In this document: piece by piece, positions 58,329-64,000 of the stretch | Layout of the letters: each line of letters begins with the position of its first letter | Numbering within the stretch: position 1 is the stretch's first letter | Source of the DNA: an uncultured Conexibacteraceae bacterium | Lineage (GTDB): Bacteria; Actinomycetota; Thermoleophilia; Solirubrobacterales; 70-9 | DNA length: 64,000 bases | Assembly: GCA_964536955.1 (NCBI GenBank) | Contig: CAZHZI010000002.1 | Span: 11,050 to 75,049 of the forward strand | Direction: 5' to 3' | Notes under the pieces: generated by a model | Databases searched by the model: none | What the model saw: only the letters and a program-made list of their open reading frames with translations | What the model was told of the DNA's origin: nothing | Position numbers and translations under genes: made by a program

Positions 58329-58973
58329 ATGAATGCTCACGCAATCACAGCGCCAAGGTATGTCCTGGTAGTCACGCTGGCTGTAGCGACGATGATCGCC
58401 ACGGGCTGCGGAACGTCCTCTGACCCTTCAACATCCTCGCCAGATCGCTCGCGCACAGTCGCGTCTAGCGATCCTTGCGAACCGGTTCCGATTTCACGCA
58501 CCATTCGCCCGTCGAGCACCATTGTCAGGCAGGGCGAGGCAACCCCGGTCGAGATTGGGAAGACCACGGCATCGCTCAAAATTCTCCAAGCGGCTTCTCC
58601 GAAGACGATTCGACTTCGCTTTGACGAGAAGCGTAAATTCGCCCCTCCCCCAGGCTCTATCCTCGTGGCTGTCACCTACCGGGTGAAGAACGGTGGCCCA
58701 GGGCAGCTGAAGCCTTCCGAAGATCTGAACAGCCGGTTGTTTCTTCGGGTATCCGATGAGCTCTACCCATACGCTGCGAATCTTCCCTGTGGGGCCCCCG
58801 TTACCGCCTCCTGGGCAGTCGCCCGGCAAGGAAGTAACCCGGCATTTACGACGCCTGTCGGACAATCGGCAACTACCGCTGCCGTCTTCATCGTGCCGAC
58901 GCCCAAACAGGCCGAGGCGCTTGAGCTCTTCATATCTGACCAGGCAGTAGTGAATCTCGATGTCAAGCAGTAG
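58329..58973 (+). CDS. Putative lipoprotein (DUF4352-like beta-sandwich)
   Basis: Signal peptide with lipobox-like VATMIATGC followed by a Ser/Pro linker. Body: ILVAVTYRVKNGGPG...AAVFIVP, as in actinobacterial DUF4352 lipoproteins. The gene looks AT-richer than its surroundings. Confidence 0.55.
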   Translation: MNAHAITAPRYVLVVTLAVATMIATGCGTSSDPSTSSPDRSRTVASSDPCEPVPISRTIRPSSTIVRQGEATPVEIGKTTASLKILQAASPKTIRLRFDEKRKFAPPPGSILVAVTYRVKNGGPGQLKPSEDLNSRLFLRVSDELYPYAANLPCGAPVTASWAVARQGSNPAFTTPVGQSATTAAVFIVPTPKQAEALELFISDQAVVNLDVKQ

Positions 58974-59036
58974 CTGGAAGTGCCGGGTGAGACGATGACT
59001 TCTCCGCACACCGTGTAGGTACCGGGTGAGACACCC

Positions 59037-61085
59037 TTGACGCCCACGGTTGCGGCCGGCGACACCCCTCCATGCCCCTTCTGTGGGTGCCTGGAGCGAC
59101 GCCCGGTGCGTGGCCGGCCAGGCGCGCTCTGTCCCGGCTGTGGAGCGTTGGAGCGTCATCGAGCGTTGGCCCGAGCATGCGCCGACAGGTTTGCTGACGG
59201 TGAACGCCGTCGATGCCTGGAGGCGGGCCCCGCGAACCGGCGTGTGTTTGGCGGTTTCCTCCGCGACCGTGGCTGGGAGTACCAGTCCGTCGATCGCTGG
59301 CGGACGGGAAACCCGCACGATCCCCGTGCTGTCGCCTTCGTCGACCACGAGGCGGATCTCTGCGATCTGTCGATGTTCGGCGCCCACGAATTCGACCTCT
59401 TCATGGCCCAACACGTGATCGAGGAGATCGAGGAGTACGAGCAGGCGCTCGACGAGATCGCGCGGATATTGCGCGCTGGTGGGACCGCCCTGCTTGAGAT
59501 CCCGTTCGATCCGGCCCGCAAGGAGTCCGAACGCCAGCCACCGGACCACTTCGGGAACGTGTGGGTGTTCGGAGTCGACCTTCTCGACCAGCTGCGCTCG
59601 CGCTTTTCGAAGGTTGACTTCCTGCCGCTGGCCGAAGGGGAGTATCGCGGAACGATGTTCGTCTGCACAGCCGGCGCTCGTGAGGCAGCGACGGCGGCGC
59701 AGCCGTCACGCTCGTCCCCGTCCATCGTCGAGAATGCTCGTGACGGCGACGGCGACTGGTGGGCCGGCCGGCCTGCCCCCGCCCATACGATCGAGGGCTT
59801 CGCCTCTTGGCCGAGCGTCAGGCCGGGGGGAAGGCTCGAGCTATGCGTAAGCACCCGTCCCGCGGCGCGCTATCGCGTAAGCATTCACCGCCTCGGCTGG
59901 TACGGGGGCGCCGGCGGGCGAACCGTGGCCAGGCATCCGCGCTCGGGAGACCTCCAAGGGCTCGCGCGTGAGATCCCCGAGCCCGCAATGGGGCCGACGA
60001 TTATGTCAAGCGACTGGCCGGTCACTGACGTGATCGAGGCGGGCGCCGACTGGGTGAGCGGCCAGTACGTCGCGCGGCTCGCCCTGACGGACGGCGAGCA
60101 CGCGGGGGGCCGCGCGTTCGTTCCTTTCGTCGTCCAGGAACCGCTGGATCGCCGTGCCGACATCCTCGTCCAGATGCCGGTCACCACGGCCCAGGCCTAC
60201 AACAACTGGGGCGGGAAGAGCCTCTATACCTCGAACAGCAGCGACGAAGTCGCTGCTGTCAAGGTCACCTTCGACCGCCCGGTCCCAAGCTGGCACGAGG
60301 CAAACCTCAATACCCGCTGGCCCTTCGTCTGGGACATCCAACTGCTTCGCTTCCTCGAACGGGAGGGCTACGACGTCGCCTACACCACCGATATGGACAC
60401 CCACCGTGAGCCGTGGCGCTTGCTCGGCCATCCGGTCGTAATGACTTCCGGGCACGACGAGTACTGGAGTCGGGAGATGCGAGACGCCTTCGATGCCGTG
60501 CGTGACAGCGGCGCCAGCCTCGCCTGCATGGGCGCCAACACCAGCTACTGGCAAGTCCGTTTCGAGGACGGCGACCGCACGATGGTCGAGTATCGCCGTC
60601 ACGCCGACGACCCCGAACCCGACCCGTCGCTCAAAACCGAGCTCTTCCGCGATTTGGATCCCCCGCGGCCAGAACGCCTGCTCTGGGGAATCCAGTACCA
60701 AGATGGCCTGACTCTTGGGGGCCAGCCGCCTCTGGCCTACTGCCTGACGGAGGAATGCATGGGAGACCCGTGGCTCGAAGGCACTGGATTCGAGCACCCC
60801 GCCACACTCGAGGGCCTCGTCGGATATGAATGGGATGCCCTCCAGGAAGGCGCCGAACCGGGCGATGCCACCGTCTTCTTCCACTACGACAACGAACTCT
60901 CAAACGCGGACGCGGTGCGTCACCTAACTTCTGCCGGGGGGGTCGTCTTTGCCGCCGGCTCACTCCAATTCAGTTGGGGCCTGGATGACTGGGCGCATCC
61001 GGGTCACGCCGACGGGCGGCTTCAGCGCTTCATGCGCAACGGCCTCGATGACATGATCGCCAGCGGACTGGCGGCATTTCCCTGA
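59037..61085 (+). CDS. Fusion protein: Cys4 zinc-ribbon plus class I SAM methyltransferase N-domain, with a DUF6605 / N,N-dimethylformamidase-large-subunit-like C-domain
   Basis: CPFCGC...CPGCG ribbon. FDLFMAQHVIEEIEEYEQALDEIARILRAGGTALLEIPF (Methyltransf_11-like). C-domain: QMPVTTAQAYNNWGGKSLY, MTSGHDEYWSREMRDAF, CMGANTSYWQVRFED. TTG start. Confidence 0.6.
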   Translation: MTPTVAAGDTPPCPFCGCLERRPVRGRPGALCPGCGALERHRALARACADRFADGERRRCLEAGPANRRVFGGFLRDRGWEYQSVDRWRTGNPHDPRAVAFVDHEADLCDLSMFGAHEFDLFMAQHVIEEIEEYEQALDEIARILRAGGTALLEIPFDPARKESERQPPDHFGNVWVFGVDLLDQLRSRFSKVDFLPLAEGEYRGTMFVCTAGAREAATAAQPSRSSPSIVENARDGDGDWWAGRPAPAHTIEGFASWPSVRPGGRLELCVSTRPAARYRVSIHRLGWYGGAGGRTVARHPRSGDLQGLAREIPEPAMGPTIMSSDWPVTDVIEAGADWVSGQYVARLALTDGEHAGGRAFVPFVVQEPLDRRADILVQMPVTTAQAYNNWGGKSLYTSNSSDEVAAVKVTFDRPVPSWHEANLNTRWPFVWDIQLLRFLEREGYDVAYTTDMDTHREPWRLLGHPVVMTSGHDEYWSREMRDAFDAVRDSGASLACMGANTSYWQVRFEDGDRTMVEYRRHADDPEPDPSLKTELFRDLDPPRPERLLWGIQYQDGLTLGGQPPLAYCLTEECMGDPWLEGTGFEHPATLEGLVGYEWDALQEGAEPGDATVFFHYDNELSNADAVRHLTSAGGVVFAAGSLQFSWGLDDWAHPGHADGRLQRFMRNGLDDMIASGLAAFP

Positions 61086-61125
61086 GAGCTGGCGTCGCGG
61101 TTCTTCCGGACCTAAGATCGCCACT

Positions 61126-61908
61126 GTGGCTGCCCCGATCGATTACGGCGTGACCGGCCGCGCAATTGCCGATCGCCTCACCGGCTATCGCTCTCGCGTG
61201 GACACCACGATCGCGCCCGATGACGCGATGTTCCAGGGCGACCTCGACGACTACCTCAGCGTCAGCTATTCCGCGGTTGCCCAGATCGCACACGCGATGG
61301 CGATCTCCGGTCGGACATCGTTCGCCCGCATCCTCGACTTCGCATCCGGTCACGGCCGAGTCCTCCGGGCGCTGAAAGCGGCTTTTCCCGAGGCTGAGCT
61401 GACAGCGTGCGACGTCAATCGGGACGGCGTGGACTTCTGCGCGGCCCAGTTCGGCGCCGTCCCGGCCTACTCCGAGACCGACCCCTCTCGTGTATCGCTC
61501 GATGGCAGCTTCGACCTGATCTGGGTTGGATCCCTACTGACGCACCTAGATGCCCAGACCTGTCGCGGCTTTCTCCAGCTTTTTCGCGAGCATCTGGAAG
61601 GAGGGGGCCTTCTGCTCTTCTCCACTCATGGCCGCAACGCGGTGAACCGCTGGCCGGCAGATGGCGACCGTCAAGACGCGATCGTCGCCGATGTTGCCCG
61701 GTGCGGGTTCGGATACCGGGACCACGAAGGCGTCGAGGGCTTTGGGACCTCGGCTTTCACCGCTGCATGGATCGCCGACGTCGTGCTCTCGTGGTCGGAC
61801 CTCATGCTCATCGGCTATGTCGAGCGCGGCCTCGCCGACCATCAGGACGTAGTCGCTCTACTCAAGACCGATGTACATCACCGGCAAGGCGACCTACTGG
61901 TTTTCTAG
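61126..61908 (+). CDS. Class I SAM-dependent methyltransferase
   Basis: GTG start. ARILDFASGHGRVLRALKAAFPEAELTACDVN, FDLIWVGSLLTHL, LEGGGLLLFSTHG. Confidence 0.7.
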   Translation: MAAPIDYGVTGRAIADRLTGYRSRVDTTIAPDDAMFQGDLDDYLSVSYSAVAQIAHAMAISGRTSFARILDFASGHGRVLRALKAAFPEAELTACDVNRDGVDFCAAQFGAVPAYSETDPSRVSLDGSFDLIWVGSLLTHLDAQTCRGFLQLFREHLEGGGLLLFSTHGRNAVNRWPADGDRQDAIVADVARCGFGYRDHEGVEGFGTSAFTAAWIADVVLSWSDLMLIGYVERGLADHQDVVALLKTDVHHRQGDLLVF

Positions 61909-64000
61909 CGCGATGCCCGTGCCTCGGCTCGGAGGACGTCGCGGTAGACCCCCGCCAGGGCGGCCGACTCACGAACCCAACTGAGCTCTGACTGGGCAGG
62001 CCCTATGGCTCGCCTCAGTTCCGCATTGGTTTCCGGGTCGGCCATGGAGCGCAACGCAGCCACGAGGGCAGGGCCGTCGCCGGGAGGCACCGTCATCCCG
62101 ACCCCGTGCCTAACGATGAATTCCTCGATCATCGGCAGGCTGGTCCCCAGGACGGGCACGCCGGCCAGGGTGTACTCGAACAGCTTGTTTGGCAGCGTCA
62201 GCCGGTAGCTCAAGCACACCGGCTGAATTAGGGCCAGGCCAAGGTGCGCATCGTGCATGACCTCGCGCGCCGCGCCGGGCTCAACCGGATCGAGCAGATC
62301 CAGGCGGTCTTCGACGCCCAGTTCGCGGGCGAGGGACTCCAGAGTTGCGCGAAATCCCCATGCCTCAGGACCGACGTATCGCAGTCGCAGATCCGGTAGC
62401 GCCACCAGGGCGGAGACGGCGTCCTCGAGCCCTCGGCCCTGGGTCAGAGCGCCGAAGTAGACGGCAAGCGGTGCGCCATCGGGTGCTGGAGCCACCGGGA
62501 CGGGTGGCATGTTGGGAACATTGCGAATTACGCCCGGCTCTGGCACGCGATAGCGGCGGGCCATGACGCGCGCATAGCCGGGGCTGGTGGTGATCGTCCG
62601 GTCGGCGACTCGAACGAACAGCGCCTCGCAGGCGAGCAGCCAGAGGCGACGCTCGGGGCGCAGATTGCGGTCTGGCCACAGTTCGTGAGCGTCGTACACG
62701 ACCCGCGAGCCGAAGCGGGCCTTCGCCGCCACGCCGACCCACATCGTGTTGTAGTCGTTGCAGTGGATCAGCGCCGGGCGGGTCCGTCGCACCTCGGCGA
62801 CCGCGCGGCGATACCAATCGGCGGTTACAAGCGTGCGATACACGCGAAGCGCCGCCGCTTTGCCGGGCCAAGGCCGCTTTGGACCAGAAGGGCTTTGTGA
62901 CGCTGCGGTGACACTCTGCGCATTGGCGGGAGCCTCGCCGGGACTACCCATCAAACGCCGTAGGCGATCGAACGGGAGGCGGGCGTGTATACGGCGAACG
63001 GGGATACCTGCGATCACGTCCTCCCCCTCCGCCTCTGGAGACGGAGCAGCTCCAACGATGCGAACGCTGTGGCCGAGCTCGTCGAGGAGGGACGCCTCGC
63101 GAAGGATGCGCGCGTCATTGGTGACGGGATTGCGAACGAGGACGATCGTGTCGCCGGCGGGAGATGAGGGACCAAAGTCGCGGTAGAGCTGGGTAAGCCG
63201 CATTTGCTCCACATCCCAACTGAGCTCGCGACCCAACCGCTCGCTGAGCGTTTGACGTTCATCGGAGATGACGGCGAGCAGGGCTTTCGCGACGCTCGCG
63301 GGGTCATCCGGCTCGGCGATCATCCCGACGCTGCGATGCTCGACCAATGCCCTCAGCTCCGGCAGGTTGCTGACCACCACCGGCAGGCCGGCGACGAGGT
63401 ACTCGAAGACCTTGTTGGGCAACGCGAGGCGGTGGTTCTCGCAGGTGTCTTCGAGTAGGGAGACTCCGACATCGGCCTGTTGCGTATAGGCCCGGACGTG
63501 CGCGACCGGGACAGAGGGGCGGAAGTGCACGCGCCCCTCTACGCCTATTCCTTCGGCCAACTCGCGTAGTCGGGCAGCGTATGCGGTGTCCTCTGCCCCG
63601 AGGAAGAGCAGGTGCGCGTCCGGCACACCTGCCATCGCCCGCACGAGCGTCTCACAGCCCCGGTCGAGCGCCACAGCGCCGAGGTGGAGGGCGAGCGGTG
63701 TCTGTGCCGCGACGTCGAGGGCCTCACGCAGATCCGGTGCCTCGAAGGCGGGATCGTGAGCGATCGGGTCCGGCACGTTGCGCACCACCGTCGGGCGCTC
63801 CGAAAGGCGATAGCCCGCCTGCAGCCGATCGGCGATCCCCTCGGAGACCGTGATCACCCCCGCGCAGCGGCGGATCAGCAGGCGCTCGAGGGTGGTCACG
63901 AACAGCGCCCACGCCCGCTTCCGGTACGGCACCCCCGTCGCATACTCATGTGAGTCGTAGACGAGCTTCGCGCCGACGAGGCGGGCGCCCGCCCAGCCGG
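61905..64000 (-). CDS. Tandem two-module GT-B glycosyltransferase (GT4-GT4), 5' partial (continues beyond window end)
   Basis: The frame stays open upstream of the track start: ...GWAGARLVGAKLVYDSHEYATG(V)PYRK, with the GT4 Y-D-x-H-E motif at 63950-63965. Second module: ALIHCNDYNTMWVGVAAKARFGSRVVYDAHELW. Two E-x7-E-like donor halves (PNKVFEYLVAGLPVV; PNKLFEYTLAGVPVL). Confidence 0.75.
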   Translation of the reverse strand, partial: GWAGARLVGAKLVYDSHEYATGVPYRKRAWALFVTTLERLLIRRCAGVITVSEGIADRLQAGYRLSERPTVVRNVPDPIAHDPAFEAPDLREALDVAAQTPLALHLGAVALDRGCETLVRAMAGVPDAHLLFLGAEDTAYAARLRELAEGIGVEGRVHFRPSVPVAHVRAYTQQADVGVSLLEDTCENHRLALPNKVFEYLVAGLPVVVSNLPELRALVEHRSVGMIAEPDDPASVAKALLAVISDERQTLSERLGRELSWDVEQMRLTQLYRDFGPSSPAGDTIVLVRNPVTNDARILREASLLDELGHSVRIVGAAPSPEAEGEDVIAGIPVRRIHARLPFDRLRRLMGSPGEAPANAQSVTAASQSPSGPKRPWPGKAAALRVYRTLVTADWYRRAVAEVRRTRPALIHCNDYNTMWVGVAAKARFGSRVVYDAHELWPDRNLRPERRLWLLACEALFVRVADRTITTSPGYARVMARRYRVPEPGVIRNVPNMPPVPVAPAPDGAPLAVYFGALTQGRGLEDAVSALVALPDLRLRYVGPEAWGFRATLESLARELGVEDRLDLLDPVEPGAAREVMHDAHLGLALIQPVCLSYRLTLPNKLFEYTLAGVPVLGTSLPMIEEFIVRHGVGMTVPPGDGPALVAALRSMADPETNAELRRAIGPAQSELSWVRESAALAGVYRDVLRAEARASR

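Noticed and set aside
58494-59549. 351-aa minus-strand ORF spanning the lipoprotein gene, the intergenic gap and the start of the methyltransferase/DUF6605 gene
   Set aside because: It has no motifs and a mixed-composition product. It lies antisense to two genes with better coding features (signal peptide/lipobox; zinc ribbon and SAM motifs). It is retained only as a low-probability alternative.

Overview
High-GC (roughly two-thirds G+C by eye) Actinomycetota-like chromosomal segment; the taxon is inference only. It is almost entirely cell-envelope glycan biosynthesis, with about 50 tightly packed genes. Many are translationally coupled through ATGA, GTGA or TGATG overlaps. No rRNA, tRNA, CRISPR, transposase or integrase was recognisable. 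Content: (i) a dTDP-L-rhamnose operon in the order rmlA-D-B-C. (ii) Two initiating phosphoglycosyl transferases (one large WbaP-type, one small PglC-type), two MOP/Wzx flippases, a Wzy-like membrane protein and two Wzy_C (O-antigen-ligase-family) proteins with TPR tails. (iii) At least 14 glycosyltransferase domains (GT2, GT4, CgeB-like, GT61). (iv) About 12 methyltransferase-like domains, including 2 FkbM. (v) Two sulfotransferases. (vi) A WbpB/E/D/I-like 2,3-diacetamido-sugar module. (vii) A plant-type GDP-mannose 3,5-epimerase. (viii) Two secreted SGDH-like beta-propeller proteins, two secreted clan GH-A hydrolases and an orphan Sfp-type PPTase. (ix) A small housekeeping-like island: F420/PPOX-family enzyme, GlxA regulator, DJ-1/PfpI. 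The most unusual content is at 37.9-52.4 kb. It holds a family of giant fusion proteins built as methyltransferase-like head, long coiled coil, then GT2 and GT4 (1321 aa, 505 aa, 895 aa), plus a coiled-coil-GT2-2xCgeB protein of 1171 aa. This layout resembles the WbdD/WbbB 'molecular ruler' logic of ABC-type O-antigen assembly. The longest coiled coil carries a 100%-identical in-frame 201-bp tandem duplication. A second candidate system lies at 27.5-36.7 kb: a Wzy_C-TPR protein placed back-to-back with a secreted Gly/Ser/Ala/Pro-rich anchored protein, next to a diNAc-sugar and PglC-like module, which may be a protein O-glycosylation locus. Many long ORFs in the supplied track are antisense shadow ORFs typical of high-GC DNA and were rejected. 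Several track ORFs are 5'-over-extended and were trimmed.
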